In this document: positions 36,093 to 47,221 of the stretch, in pieces
Numbering within the stretch: position 1 is the stretch's first letter
Layout: each line of letters starts with the position of its first letter
Source: a virus
Direction: 5' to 3' (one strand)
DNA: 64,000 nucleotides
Virus record (IMG/VR): IMGVR_UViG_3300032246_001533
Span: 6,580-70,579 of that record
Notes under the pieces: model-generated
What the model was told of the DNA's origin: nothing
Databases searched by the model: none
Seen by the model: the letters and a program-made list of their open reading frames with translations, nothing else
Made by a program: the position numbers and the translations under genes

Positions 36093-36428
36093 TTGGCAAC
36101 AACAGTATATGACATAGTAGAAATTCAATTATCAGATGGTTCAACTTTATCTTTGAAACCGCTTCCATTGAAGCATTTAAAAAAGTTTATGACCGTAATA
36201 AGATCTATTGATTCTAACCCAGATGCAACAGAAGATGATGCAATGGATATCTTTATTAAAGCAGCAATGGTTTGCCTTGAAGTATTTAAGCCAGAGCTTT
36301 CAACAGACCTAGAAAAATTTGAAAGCGTTATAGAGGTACCTACAATGATGAAAATTCTTGAAGTTTGTGGTGGCTTAAAGCTAACAGACTCAAACCTGCT
36401 CGGAGCGGGACTAGTTGGGACGAACTAG
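36093..36428 (+). CDS. Tail assembly chaperone (gpG-like)
   Basis: Lies between the tube and tape measure genes; GAGGAG RBS; TTG start. Confidence 0.8.
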   Translation: MATTVYDIVEIQLSDGSTLSLKPLPLKHLKKFMTVIRSIDSNPDATEDDAMDIFIKAAMVCLEVFKPELSTDLEKFESVIEVPTMMKILEVCGGLKLTDSNLLGAGLVGTN

Positions 36429-36712
36429 ACCTACGCTCTCTAGAGTCCGAGGTATTTTTAACTGGTCACTGGAAAAACTTTGATGAATTAGAAAGTAGTC
36501 TTTCTCTTGAAGAATTAATGGCAATCATTGAAGCTATCAGGAATAAAGACAATAATGATAAAAAGTTTTTAGCAGCAGTAAATGGCGTGGATTTAGAAGA
36601 AGAAAAAGAATCTGGAAACGTAGAAGATTTAAATGATAAAAAATCTGCTGCAGAAGAAGGATTTGGAATTAACGAAGGTCTAGATTTTATGCAAATGGAG
36701 GTGGATGAATAA
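36365..36712 (+). CDS. Tail assembly chaperone extension (gpT-like), probably reached by -1 frameshift
   Basis: Overlaps gpG in the -1 frame; no convincing RBS or start of its own. Confidence 0.65.
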   Translation: MWWLKANRLKPARSGTSWDELDLRSLESEVFLTGHWKNFDELESSLSLEELMAIIEAIRNKDNNDKKFLAAVNGVDLEEEKESGNVEDLNDKKSAAEEGFGINEGLDFMQMEVDE

Positions 36713-39700
36713 TGGCAAGAATAGAGCTAAATATAGTAGCACTTGGAGATTTTTCTTCAGTAGATGCTCAGATAAAAGCTCTTCAAGCCCAAGTCGTCGC
36801 CTTAAATAAAAATATTGCTGGAGTGGGATTAAGTAGCAATTTAACAAAAGAACTTAATTCTGCATCAGCAGCATTTTCAAATACTCTATTATCAACAGGT
36901 CAGTTTACAAAATCAACAGTACAACTTACAACAGAAACTCAAAAATTTGGTCAAGCCCTAGAAAAAGGAAAACTTTCTTTAAAACAATATTATGATATTG
37001 TTAGCAAAAACTCTGGTTCAGCAACAAATAGTGTTAAGCAACTTGCAATAGAACAAACTAAACTTCAAAACTCTGTTATTATGTCAGATCCTTCAAAAAA
37101 AGGATTTTATTCAGTATTTACTCCAACAACAATTAATCAAATTGCAGATGCAACAAAGATTGCTGCAAATCAACAAAATATTTATAATATTGCAGTAAAC
37201 AAAGGAACGCAAGAATTAATTAACTGGGGTAAAAATACTCAATGGGCAGGACGTCAGTTAACAGTTGGCTTATCTGTTCCACTTATGATATTTGGAAACC
37301 AAGCTGCAACAACATTTAAAGAATTAAATGAGCAACTTGTTAGGTTGCAAAAAGTTTATGGAAATGGAATTGTAGCTCCTTCAAAAACAGAAATTGATTC
37401 AATTTCAAAAGATGTAACAAATCTTGCAAAGACCTTAGCTTCATCAATGGGCATTGCAGTTAAAGACACAGCAGCAATGGCAGCGGATCTGGCAGCAACT
37501 GGAAAAACTGGAAACGATTTAGTTGTTGCAACAAGAGAAGCAATGCGTTTGTCTAAGTTGGGTGAGCTTGATACACAAGCTGCAATGCAAGCAACAGTTT
37601 CTTTACAAAATGTTTATAAATTAAGTACAGAAGATTTAACAAAATCAATTAATTTTCTTAACGCAGTAGAAAACCAAACATCAACAAGTTTACAAGATTT
37701 AGTTGATGGAATTCCTCGTGTGGGTCCAATTGTACAACAATTAGGTGGATCATTTAAAGATACTGCAGTAATGATGGTTGCAATGAAAGAAGCTGGTGTT
37801 CCAGCAGCACAATCTGCAAACGCAATTAAATCAGCATTAGCCTCACTTATAAATCCAACTAAAGCAGCTCGTGACGCATTTGGAGAATACAATATTAACT
37901 TAGCTGGTATTGCAAAAGTAACAAATGGAAATCCAGTTCAAATGTTTCTTCTATTACAAAAAGCATTAAAAGATATTGAGCCACTAGCGCAATCACAGTT
38001 AATTGAAAAGTTATTTGGTAAATTTCAACAGGCAAGAATTCAAGCTCTTGTAACAAATTTGGGTGCAGCAACAAGTCAAACAAAAACTGCCTTTGATTTG
38101 ATGAGTGCAAATAGTCAACAACTCTCCACCCTAGCAGAAAAAGAAATGAAAACCGCCACAGAATCAGTAAGTGGAAAATATAAAATAGCTCTTGAAACTT
38201 TTAGGGCAAATCTTATACCAGTAGGCGAAAAAATTGTTGAAATTACAACATCTTTACTTAATTTTGGAAATTCGGTAGCAGATGTTTTTGGTAAACTGCC
38301 AGGACCAATGAAATCAATTCTTGGAATAGCAGCAATTGGAACAGTTTTTGCTGGTCCAATAATCATGTTAACTGGCTTAATGGCAAACTTTATTGGATAC
38401 ATAACAAAAGCAGTATTTAATTTAAAACAATTAGCAACAGGTGGCAAAACTCTTGGACAACTTTTAACGCCAGAAATAATTGCATCTCAACAAGCAGCAC
38501 AATTATTTGGAACTGGAATTTTAAATGATGTTGAAGCAGTTAGCTTATTAAATCAAGCTATTAAAAACTTAACAGTAACAATGCAGGGATTAGTTGGGAC
38601 AATGGAGGCATCTGCAGGGCTTTCAGCTGTTGCAGGAGCAGCAGCTACTCGTGGAGTACCAAATAACCTTAGAAACCCATTTAGACCACCAGGCATGGCA
38701 GCAGGAGGGTATGTACCAGGAACTGGCAATACTGATTCATTCCCAGCACTTCTTATGCCAGGTGAAGCAGTTATTCCAAAAGGACCTGCACAACAATATC
38801 AATCATTTATTTCTTCAATGATAGATGGAAAATTGCCAAAATTTGAAGAAGGCACACCATATGCTAAAAGGTTTGGCAATATATTTGGTCCAAATGCAAA
38901 ACAATTTGAAAGCAAAACTTATCTAGGTGGTGGCTCTACAAATGAAGGTTATTTGTCAAACGTAACAGGCACACATAATTTAATTATGCAACAAATTGCA
39001 GAAAGAAAAGCAGAAGCAGAAGCATTAAAAAATATAGAAACAGCAGGATCCGCACCTCTTAGATTTTATGGTGGAACAAGAAATGGTCAACCAACTACAG
39101 AAAGACCAGCAGAACTTCAAGGCGCAGCTCAAATGTCACTTGAAATGCATGGCTTACCAGGTGAAAGAGATAAGCTCCAAGCAATAGTAGAAGCAGCAAT
39201 TGCTAAATATGATTTAACAGGATCTCAAGCATCTAATATTTCTGGGGATCATTTATTAAACCTTGGGCACGTTCAAGGTGCAGAATATGAAGAGTATAAA
39301 GGTGCAAAAAGAAAAGTTTGGGAAGCATCAAACTTAAGAACAACATCAGGAGCCGAGAATAAAGGTTTTGAATATTTAAATCGTTCTGGCCCGCTTGGAG
39401 ATTCATTCCGATCAGCACTTGGAAATACTTTTGGAGCAAAAGAACCAGGTGGCGCAGAGGCAGCAGCAGCTATTGCAGCAGGAAGACAACCTTTAACAAA
39501 ACTTGAACAATCAATTTTTATACAAGCAATTAATGCGCTTGAGCACCAAGTTTCAAGAGGAGCGTTAAAAAATTATCCAGCTTTAAAAACAGCATACGTT
39601 GCAAGAGATGTTATGCAAGCAAGAGTAAATGGAAATCAAGGTTTAACGCAAGATTTATCTACGCTTATAATTAGCGACAAAGTTATTGCTCAAGCAACTG

Positions 39701-41709
39701 TAAAAAATAAAGCTGCAGGAAAGAAAATTGGAGCAGCAGTAGAACAAGGCGTTAAGGAACAGCTTGGAATTAGAAGTCCATCAACAAAAGGAATCTTAAT
39801 TGGAGAAAGCATTGATCAAGGAATAAAAATAGGACTTGAAAAGGGTGCGCCACAAGTTTATGCTGAAGCAGAAAAAATTGGTGCATCAACTTATGAATCA
39901 ATGGCAAAAGAATCAACTGGAAATGGAAGATTTTCTAGATTAAGAAGTCTTGCTATGAAGCCAAATGGCGGAATGAACATGCTTGGAAGATTTGGTACTG
40001 GAAGCGCAATGATGATGGCAGCACCTATGTTAACATCAATGCTTCCTCAAAATGCAGCAACAAATGCGATATCAACTACATCAAGTTTTGCTGGAATGGG
40101 CATGATGTTTGGTGGATATGGTGCAGCAGCAGGAGCTGCAATAGGTCTTGCAACAAGTGGTATAAAGCTTTTAATTGAAATGGAAAAACAGCATAAAGCA
40201 GAAGCAACAGCAACATTTACTGCAAGTGCATCAGCTGTAAAAATGTTTGGCGGAGCCGTTGCTGGAGCAACAACTCCAACTGGAAATCTAGACTCAGTAC
40301 TAGATTCATTACTTCCTAAAACTCAAAAAACAGTAGATGCAGTACAAAGCTTTGTTACTGAAATTAATAAACTTAAAAAAGATGACCCTATGTCAATTAT
40401 ACTTAAAAAAGTAAAAGATGCATCAGACTCAGACAGCGCTGGAAAAATTGCTAGAGCTTTTGCTACAACACAAATGGCAATTAATGGAATGAATCCAGAA
40501 CAAGCACAAAAAATGATTGATCTTTATATGGCAGCAGCAGGATATAGTGGCGCTTCTGTACAAGCTCCAACAACCGAATCTGCAACAAAGAAATTTTTGG
40601 ATAATGCAAATAAAGAAACTTATAAGCTTATACCAACAAGAGGTGGCGTAGCAAGAATAGCAACGGGACAAGAAGTTGATGCTAAAGCAGTTAAAGACTT
40701 AGTAAACGTAGTGACAACTGCATCTCCAAATTTTGCACAATATAAGAGTCAGCTTGATGGAATTGCAGCAAGTAAAAACAATACAGTTCAAGCAACACAA
40801 AAATATGCTTCTGCCATTAGAAAAGAAAATCCAGAACTAGCAACAAATATTGTTTCTCTTGCAAAAATGAAATTAAATCTTTCTGAAATTACTCCAGTTC
40901 TTACTTTAATGTCTAAAAATCCAAAATCTCCATTGCTTACTCAAGTATTAGAAGCAGCACAAAAAGGTGATACTGCTGGTCTTGCAAAAGGACTGGGTTT
41001 AGTAAACACAGAACTAGAAAAATTATTTAAGTTAAATCCAAGCGGTGTTCCTGGCACACCAGATGTTCCAACGGGCTACACTGATCCATCTGCAAAAGTT
41101 ACAGCAAAGTATAAAGATTTAATTAACTTTGAAAATAAAAGAATATCTTTGCTTGAAAAAACAAACACATTGATGAATCAACAAAATCAAGCAGCACAAG
41201 ACGCAATTGATTTAGCAACAAAACAAACAGATTTACAAGGACAGATTAGAAAAGCAATTGCAGGTGGAGATTATTTACAGGCAAATATGCTAAGACAACA
41301 GATGGCTGGAAATGTTGATGCTTATAATCAAAAAATAGTTGCAAATAAAAATGATAATACTATATCAACTTTAAGACAACAACTTGCAGATTTTCAAGAT
41401 CAACTTGCACAAGGTAAAGATCCAGGTAAGAAAGCTGCAGCTCAATTAAAGGCTAATACACTGGCTGCATCAATAGAAAAATATCAAGTTGGCTCAGTTA
41501 CAATGCCTTCAGCGGTGTCCTATGGCCCTACAACACAGCTAGGAAGTTCATCAAATAATGTACCAGCAATAAATGTTGTAGTAAATGCAAATGGTTTAAG
41601 CCCAGATCAAGCTACAATAGTTGCAAGAAATGCAATAGAAAAAGCATTAAGCGATGCGGGAATTAAAGCAAGCGCATCAGCTAGAAAAACATCTGTAGGA
41701 GGCAAATAA
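36712..41709 (+). CDS. Tape measure protein (1665 aa)
   Basis: Ala-rich helical sequence; NTQWAGRQL, AGGYVPGTGNTDSFPALLMPGEAV and LGIRSPS motifs. Confidence 0.92.
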   Translation: MARIELNIVALGDFSSVDAQIKALQAQVVALNKNIAGVGLSSNLTKELNSASAAFSNTLLSTGQFTKSTVQLTTETQKFGQALEKGKLSLKQYYDIVSKNSGSATNSVKQLAIEQTKLQNSVIMSDPSKKGFYSVFTPTTINQIADATKIAANQQNIYNIAVNKGTQELINWGKNTQWAGRQLTVGLSVPLMIFGNQAATTFKELNEQLVRLQKVYGNGIVAPSKTEIDSISKDVTNLAKTLASSMGIAVKDTAAMAADLAATGKTGNDLVVATREAMRLSKLGELDTQAAMQATVSLQNVYKLSTEDLTKSINFLNAVENQTSTSLQDLVDGIPRVGPIVQQLGGSFKDTAVMMVAMKEAGVPAAQSANAIKSALASLINPTKAARDAFGEYNINLAGIAKVTNGNPVQMFLLLQKALKDIEPLAQSQLIEKLFGKFQQARIQALVTNLGAATSQTKTAFDLMSANSQQLSTLAEKEMKTATESVSGKYKIALETFRANLIPVGEKIVEITTSLLNFGNSVADVFGKLPGPMKSILGIAAIGTVFAGPIIMLTGLMANFIGYITKAVFNLKQLATGGKTLGQLLTPEIIASQQAAQLFGTGILNDVEAVSLLNQAIKNLTVTMQGLVGTMEASAGLSAVAGAAATRGVPNNLRNPFRPPGMAAGGYVPGTGNTDSFPALLMPGEAVIPKGPAQQYQSFISSMIDGKLPKFEEGTPYAKRFGNIFGPNAKQFESKTYLGGGSTNEGYLSNVTGTHNLIMQQIAERKAEAEALKNIETAGSAPLRFYGGTRNGQPTTERPAELQGAAQMSLEMHGLPGERDKLQAIVEAAIAKYDLTGSQASNISGDHLLNLGHVQGAEYEEYKGAKRKVWEASNLRTTSGAENKGFEYLNRSGPLGDSFRSALGNTFGAKEPGGAEAAAAIAAGRQPLTKLEQSIFIQAINALEHQVSRGALKNYPALKTAYVARDVMQARVNGNQGLTQDLSTLIISDKVIAQATVKNKAAGKKIGAAVEQGVKEQLGIRSPSTKGILIGESIDQGIKIGLEKGAPQVYAEAEKIGASTYESMAKESTGNGRFSRLRSLAMKPNGGMNMLGRFGTGSAMMMAAPMLTSMLPQNAATNAISTTSSFAGMGMMFGGYGAAAGAAIGLATSGIKLLIEMEKQHKAEATATFTASASAVKMFGGAVAGATTPTGNLDSVLDSLLPKTQKTVDAVQSFVTEINKLKKDDPMSIILKKVKDASDSDSAGKIARAFATTQMAINGMNPEQAQKMIDLYMAAAGYSGASVQAPTTESATKKFLDNANKETYKLIPTRGGVARIATGQEVDAKAVKDLVNVVTTASPNFAQYKSQLDGIAASKNNTVQATQKYASAIRKENPELATNIVSLAKMKLNLSEITPVLTLMSKNPKSPLLTQVLEAAQKGDTAGLAKGLGLVNTELEKLFKLNPSGVPGTPDVPTGYTDPSAKVTAKYKDLINFENKRISLLEKTNTLMNQQNQAAQDAIDLATKQTDLQGQIRKAIAGGDYLQANMLRQQMAGNVDAYNQKIVANKNDNTISTLRQQLADFQDQLAQGKDPGKKAAAQLKANTLAASIEKYQVGSVTMPSAVSYGPTTQLGSSSNNVPAINVVVNANGLSPDQATIVARNAIEKALSDAGIKASASARKTSVGGK

Positions 41710-42224
41710 TGCAAATACAATCAGGCATACAAGTTTCACTAGATGGCACAACATGGTATAAACTAACAGACCACAATCGTGAGCCCTTTAAAATTGGATA
41801 TGAAGTTATTGATAAAACAAGCCGTATGGCAGATGGAACCTTAAGAAGATATGTTATTGCAAGAAAACATAAAGTTACAGCATCTTGGAAAATGACAACA
41901 ACTTTAGATTCTGATGCAATTGATTATGTTTCTACAGATTCAACATCAGGAAAAGCAGGAGCATGGATGAAATCTTTTTATGAAACAAATGTGTTTTTTC
42001 CAGTATACTTAAAATTAATAAATGCAGCAACAGATCTTAATACACCAGGCTCATATCCAGATGGCACTACATATTATTCTTCAAAAGATGCTTCTTCAGA
42101 AGCTATTATATATCAAACATATATAACTGGCTTTGACTATGAAGTTGTAAAAAGAAGCGTGGGTGGAAATCAAAATAACGGTAGAGACTTAGTAAATATA
42201 AGTATAGAATTTACGGAGGTATAA
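41709..42224 (+). CDS. Distal tail (Dit-like) protein
   Basis: Follows the tape measure gene; RMADGTLRRY; ends ISIEFTEV. Confidence 0.7.
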   Translation: MQIQSGIQVSLDGTTWYKLTDHNREPFKIGYEVIDKTSRMADGTLRRYVIARKHKVTASWKMTTTLDSDAIDYVSTDSTSGKAGAWMKSFYETNVFFPVYLKLINAATDLNTPGSYPDGTTYYSSKDASSEAIIYQTYITGFDYEVVKRSVGGNQNNGRDLVNISIEFTEV

Positions 42225-45200
42225 TGAAAGGCACCTCAGTAGTAAAACAATACTTTTCATCAGGATCAAGACATTATGTAACTCCTTCTGTTTCTGCAGA
42301 ATGGAATTATAATCTTTTTTATGCACCATACGCAACATTTTCTGGAAATGGAAATGCAATAACAACAAATTGGACAAATCCATCAAGTTGGAATAAATCT
42401 GGATGTACGGCAACATACGATACAGCAAAAGGAAGAACTTCAACTTCATATACAGACACATCATGTTTAAAGCTTACAACTTATGGGCAAAATGGATCAG
42501 CTTCCATAGTAATAAATCCAACAGGCTATGCAACAAATAATACATATAAAGTAATTTTTTATGCCAAACTTGTAGAAAATGCTCAAGTTACCCTTACAGC
42601 TTTAAATTATGTTGATAGCCAAAGATCTTCTTCTGCATCAGAAGTAATTGATAGTGCCGTTTGGACTAAATTTGAAGTATATGTTAGTTCATTGCCAACA
42701 GAAAATCCTTACACAACATTTACATTTACTTTAGATTTTACTTCACTTGACACAACAATTGGATCACAAACTCAACAGCCAATAAGTAGTTATAATATTT
42801 TAATTGATCAATTTGAAGTTTTTCAAACAACAGATCAAGATTATCAATATGGAAATTTATGGAAAACATTAGCACCGTTTGGATTTTTTAGACCAGGAGA
42901 AAGTTACATTCCATCAGGCAATTCATTAACTCCATTGCCAACAGATTTTAGAAAAATTAATACATCTTTTCAGCAAACACTTTTTAATGGACAAGTAATG
43001 CCAGTAAGTCCTGTTACATATCATCCAACCGTGCTTGGTTCTGCAAAATCAAATCCATTGTTTAAAAATGGTATATTGTCAGATTATACAACTTATAAAT
43101 ATTTTGTATCTGACGGAATAACAAACTCGTTAGGCGCACTATATGATAAAGTGCTTGCAACAAATAAAATTGTTATTAAATTAAATATTAATTATGCTGA
43201 ACCAACAAGCTTAACCATAAATTTATATAATACTGTAAATAATTATAGCTACACTAAATCTTTAACAAGTTCTGATATTTCTGATGCTGGAGTAATTATT
43301 CTTTACCACCAAGCCGATGGTTCATGGACTACAACACCATGGACTGTAATGCCAATGTTTAATACTGAAGGACAAATTACTAATTATCAAAATATTAATA
43401 AAATTGTTGTTACTCAAAATTCTGCAAATATAAATCCTGCATATCAATCTCCATCAAGTGATATTACAAATAACACAATGGATGGCGTCTCATATCCAAA
43501 TAGATACTCAAATTATCAAAAAGACATGAAAAGACTTCACGTTGTTGAAATTTCTCCAAGAATAGAAATAGATTTAACTAATTATTTGGTTAGTGTAAAT
43601 ACTAAAGAGGAGCTAGATAATAAAGAATACCCACTTCCAATATCAGGAATATCTGCTAATTCTGCAAAAATAACACTTTCAAACATTCCATTTAAACTTA
43701 CTGATAACATATTAAGTCTTTTTTCAAATAACTCCAGCACTTCTCCATTAAATGGCTTATTTAAAAATAACGTAAAGTTTTATATCAATTATATTATTCA
43801 GGATGCATTAAGTGGAGCAAGCGGGGCCGACAAAGTTATCTCTGGTGGAGTTTATTATGCAGAAGAATGGATAGGAAAAGATTTACAGCAAACAGAAATT
43901 ATAGCTTATGATATAAGTAAGTACCTTCAGCTTCTTTCTCCAACAGATTATGTTTCTCAATCACAAGATGTTTTTAATGTAATATCAAACATAATGGACT
44001 TTGCTGGCTTTACAGATTATGACTATGATAGTTTAAAGAAAGTTACATCTTCAAGAGTGCCATTAACAGATGGATCAACATCAATAAACACTTCACCTAT
44101 AAAATCATCTTATTTCTATTGCGATGGGCTACAACAAAAAGTTTTTGATGTTTTAAGAGAATTATTTGAGGTATATCAAATAGGAGCATATATAAATTCT
44201 TATGGAGTTATGAAGTTTTTAGACTTAGAAAATATACTATCTAATGTAAAACCAAACATATTGTTGCATGATAGCAAAACCCCAATTACTATATCTACAC
44301 CAACATACACAGATAATTTAACCATAACAAGTAATATTACAGAAAACACATATACTGAAAAAATTGGCACCAAGCTTGGAAAAGCAACAATGAAATTTAA
44401 AATTCCACAAATAAATAAAACATTTGGAATTGAAGGCACCTCTAACACCCAATCACTAGAAACAAAAATTATTGACAAGAATGATATTCTTTGGCAACTT
44501 GAAAAAGAATCAGTTGTTACATTTAATTTTTTAAATCAATCAATAGATAGTTATTCGCAAAATTATTTTTATCTTGATCCATATGATTTAACTAAAACTT
44601 TTAGATCATTTAATATTGATCAAGAAGGATATGCAATTATAGAGGGCGAAATTGTTAGCTTTAAAGATAAAGAATTTTTATTTACAGTCACAGACCCTGT
44701 AGATAATTCTGCTACACCATCAAACATAATTTCAGATTATAGAGTAGTTGTTTCAAATGGAGCAGATTTACAAGCAGCAATATCAGATTACTCTGCTAAA
44801 TCAGGGTATGGAGGATCAGTTTCCTATAGGCCAACTGGTAAAATATGCAATATAGAAAGAGGATTATTTAACACACCAGTTAGAGTACATAAAATTATTG
44901 ATAATGTTTCAACTCTTTTAACAAGAACAAGTGTAATTAGTGGTTTACAGCCATCTGTATCAAGCAATCAAATTATAATGAATGCTTCTCAACAAGGTGT
45001 AAAAAGCATACTTTCTCCAACAGACAATACAAGCTCAAGCACTACGCCATATCAAACTTTTTCAACAAAGATGAGAATTGGTCCATCATCGGATTCAAAA
45101 TTTCAAGCTGGAGTCGGAGGGGGCTTAGTATTTAATATTGAAGGAACACCAACATACGTTGAAATAAGGCAGGTAGAATCTGGTGGGAAATATGTAGGTT

Positions 45201-46384
45201 CAATGTTTGTCCCAGATAAATCATACATGCTCTATGTATACCAAGGAAATTCCCCAACATCATCTACCACTTTGCTGGGCTCAGAAAAAAATCCAGTTGT
45301 AGGGGTAAGCATTAATAAAAACATATTAGACGAATCGGACATATACCCAGTCGGATCACCGTTTGAAGAATTTGGTAAAACAGTTAATTTAAAATTTGTT
45401 AAAATACAAAATCCATCAAGTTGGGTTGACCCAAAAACAAAACAAACAGTTTATGGGCCATCTTTTGAAATATATATAAACAAAAAGAAGTTAAGTTTAA
45501 ATACAAAAAAAGTCAATTTAAATACATCTGGTAGATACGGTATTTTTACTCAAACAGTAAACGCACAAGCTGGAACAACAGGAAGCATTGGTTTTACAGA
45601 AATATATGCTACCCAGACTCCGCTAGATAGATCAGACTTATACTATCATTGGCAACTAAATAGTTTTGCAAACACGCTTGCAGGAAAGCATAAAGTGTTT
45701 GAAGTAAATTATATGCTTCAGGTAAGACCAGAAGTTATTGGAATTAATTATTATGATATTCAATACCAAACAGCTCCAGCATTAAATGCTTATTCTGTGC
45801 CATCCCCATACGATTGGTTTTATTTTACTGAAGATAAAGCTAAAGCAAATAATGCCACAAATGGAAATAATCAAAACTTAAAGCTAAACGTAGTTTCGGT
45901 TGGGGAAGATGCATTAACTTACTCCAACATATACAATTCTGGATTTAGAGGTAGATTTGCTATTATTAATGGATCACCTTCTATGATATGGCTTAAAAAA
46001 ACACCAGATTCTAAAAATCCAGTAGATGTAACATATCTTGTAAATACAAACGACCTTGTTTCTTTAAGTACTGAAATTTCTATTGAAAAAATATTTGATC
46101 CAGCTAATATATCTGAAAGCATAGAAATAAACTCTAACTGGGTACAATCAAAAAGCGCAGCAATTGGTATTTTAAAAAATATTTTTAAAGCTGTAGACGG
46201 TTTTAGTCGAGATACTAGAGTTTCTGTTTATGGAAATCCTTTGTTTGAAGTTGGCGATGTTCTTCAAGTTAATTATAGTCAAAAAAGTATAATTAATAAA
46301 AAATATTTTGTTCAAGGTGTTGAACAACTACATACATATGGCCTTGAAACTGTATTAACTTTAAATGAATTGACAAACAGTTAA
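42224..46384 (+). CDS. Large tail-tip / hub protein
   Basis: 1386 aa after Dit; C-terminal GNPLFEVGDVLQV hub motif. Confidence 0.75.
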   Translation: MKGTSVVKQYFSSGSRHYVTPSVSAEWNYNLFYAPYATFSGNGNAITTNWTNPSSWNKSGCTATYDTAKGRTSTSYTDTSCLKLTTYGQNGSASIVINPTGYATNNTYKVIFYAKLVENAQVTLTALNYVDSQRSSSASEVIDSAVWTKFEVYVSSLPTENPYTTFTFTLDFTSLDTTIGSQTQQPISSYNILIDQFEVFQTTDQDYQYGNLWKTLAPFGFFRPGESYIPSGNSLTPLPTDFRKINTSFQQTLFNGQVMPVSPVTYHPTVLGSAKSNPLFKNGILSDYTTYKYFVSDGITNSLGALYDKVLATNKIVIKLNINYAEPTSLTINLYNTVNNYSYTKSLTSSDISDAGVIILYHQADGSWTTTPWTVMPMFNTEGQITNYQNINKIVVTQNSANINPAYQSPSSDITNNTMDGVSYPNRYSNYQKDMKRLHVVEISPRIEIDLTNYLVSVNTKEELDNKEYPLPISGISANSAKITLSNIPFKLTDNILSLFSNNSSTSPLNGLFKNNVKFYINYIIQDALSGASGADKVISGGVYYAEEWIGKDLQQTEIIAYDISKYLQLLSPTDYVSQSQDVFNVISNIMDFAGFTDYDYDSLKKVTSSRVPLTDGSTSINTSPIKSSYFYCDGLQQKVFDVLRELFEVYQIGAYINSYGVMKFLDLENILSNVKPNILLHDSKTPITISTPTYTDNLTITSNITENTYTEKIGTKLGKATMKFKIPQINKTFGIEGTSNTQSLETKIIDKNDILWQLEKESVVTFNFLNQSIDSYSQNYFYLDPYDLTKTFRSFNIDQEGYAIIEGEIVSFKDKEFLFTVTDPVDNSATPSNIISDYRVVVSNGADLQAAISDYSAKSGYGGSVSYRPTGKICNIERGLFNTPVRVHKIIDNVSTLLTRTSVISGLQPSVSSNQIIMNASQQGVKSILSPTDNTSSSTTPYQTFSTKMRIGPSSDSKFQAGVGGGLVFNIEGTPTYVEIRQVESGGKYVGSMFVPDKSYMLYVYQGNSPTSSTTLLGSEKNPVVGVSINKNILDESDIYPVGSPFEEFGKTVNLKFVKIQNPSSWVDPKTKQTVYGPSFEIYINKKKLSLNTKKVNLNTSGRYGIFTQTVNAQAGTTGSIGFTEIYATQTPLDRSDLYYHWQLNSFANTLAGKHKVFEVNYMLQVRPEVIGINYYDIQYQTAPALNAYSVPSPYDWFYFTEDKAKANNATNGNNQNLKLNVVSVGEDALTYSNIYNSGFRGRFAIINGSPSMIWLKKTPDSKNPVDVTYLVNTNDLVSLSTEISIEKIFDPANISESIEINSNWVQSKSAAIGILKNIFKAVDGFSRDTRVSVYGNPLFEVGDVLQVNYSQKSIINKKYFVQGVEQLHTYGLETVLTLNELTNS

Positions 46385-46411
46385 AACTGGTATAATGGAT
46401 TAGGTGAAAAA

Positions 46412-47221
46412 ATGACTCAGATATCAAGAAGTACTAGGCAGGCAACAACAGTACCAGGTGGGGTACAAAAAAGACGTACCCTTATAATATCTGATAGAGA
46501 CCCAAGAAACAATCCATCCTATATAGCTAACTATATTGGAGAAATTAAAATTTTGCCTTATGAAAAATATATACAGTATATTAAAACTTCTTTTTATTCA
46601 GATGTAGATGAATTAACTCAGGAATCAGAAAATGTTGTTGCTGGACTCCGCCCGCCAACAAATTTATATTGGGATCCAACAAATGCTTCTTCCTCAGAAA
46701 TAATACCATCAGGATTAACACACACAATCAATCTATATTTAACTTTTGATCCATCTGTAGATGAAATTGCAGATAATGGTGATGTTACATATGAGGTTCG
46801 AGCTATTGCAACAGGTCCAGCAATTACACAAGCAGTAATAGACAATGGTGGTGGTATCTCAACTGGACTTTCTGGCTCAACAATCACTCCTTCTGGAACA
46901 AGTCAATTTACGCCAATTACAAGATCAACAATAGTTGTAGTTATAAAAACATCTTCTCAAATTAAATTAAAATGGAAAGGTGTACCAGGTGCAAGTGGGT
47001 ATGATGTTGTAGTAACGGGAAGAAATCAACTTGCAGCTGTAGGCAAAACTTCAAAAGCTTATTCAAGCGGAAATGGTGTAAATACTGACGGATATCATTA
47101 TCTTACAATAGTTCCACAAAGCGGATACACATTTAGCGGTTCTTATAATTTTAGCATTAAGGTAAAATATAATCAAGGAGTTTCAAAGGCGGTGACATAC
47201 AATGGACAAGTTAACATTTAA
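46412..47221 (+). CDS. Minor tail protein, FN3-like
   Basis: PPTNL; LKWKGVPGASGYDV. Confidence 0.65.
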   Translation: MTQISRSTRQATTVPGGVQKRRTLIISDRDPRNNPSYIANYIGEIKILPYEKYIQYIKTSFYSDVDELTQESENVVAGLRPPTNLYWDPTNASSSEIIPSGLTHTINLYLTFDPSVDEIADNGDVTYEVRAIATGPAITQAVIDNGGGISTGLSGSTITPSGTSQFTPITRSTIVVVIKTSSQIKLKWKGVPGASGYDVVVTGRNQLAAVGKTSKAYSSGNGVNTDGYHYLTIVPQSGYTFSGSYNFSIKVKYNQGVSKAVTYNGQVNI

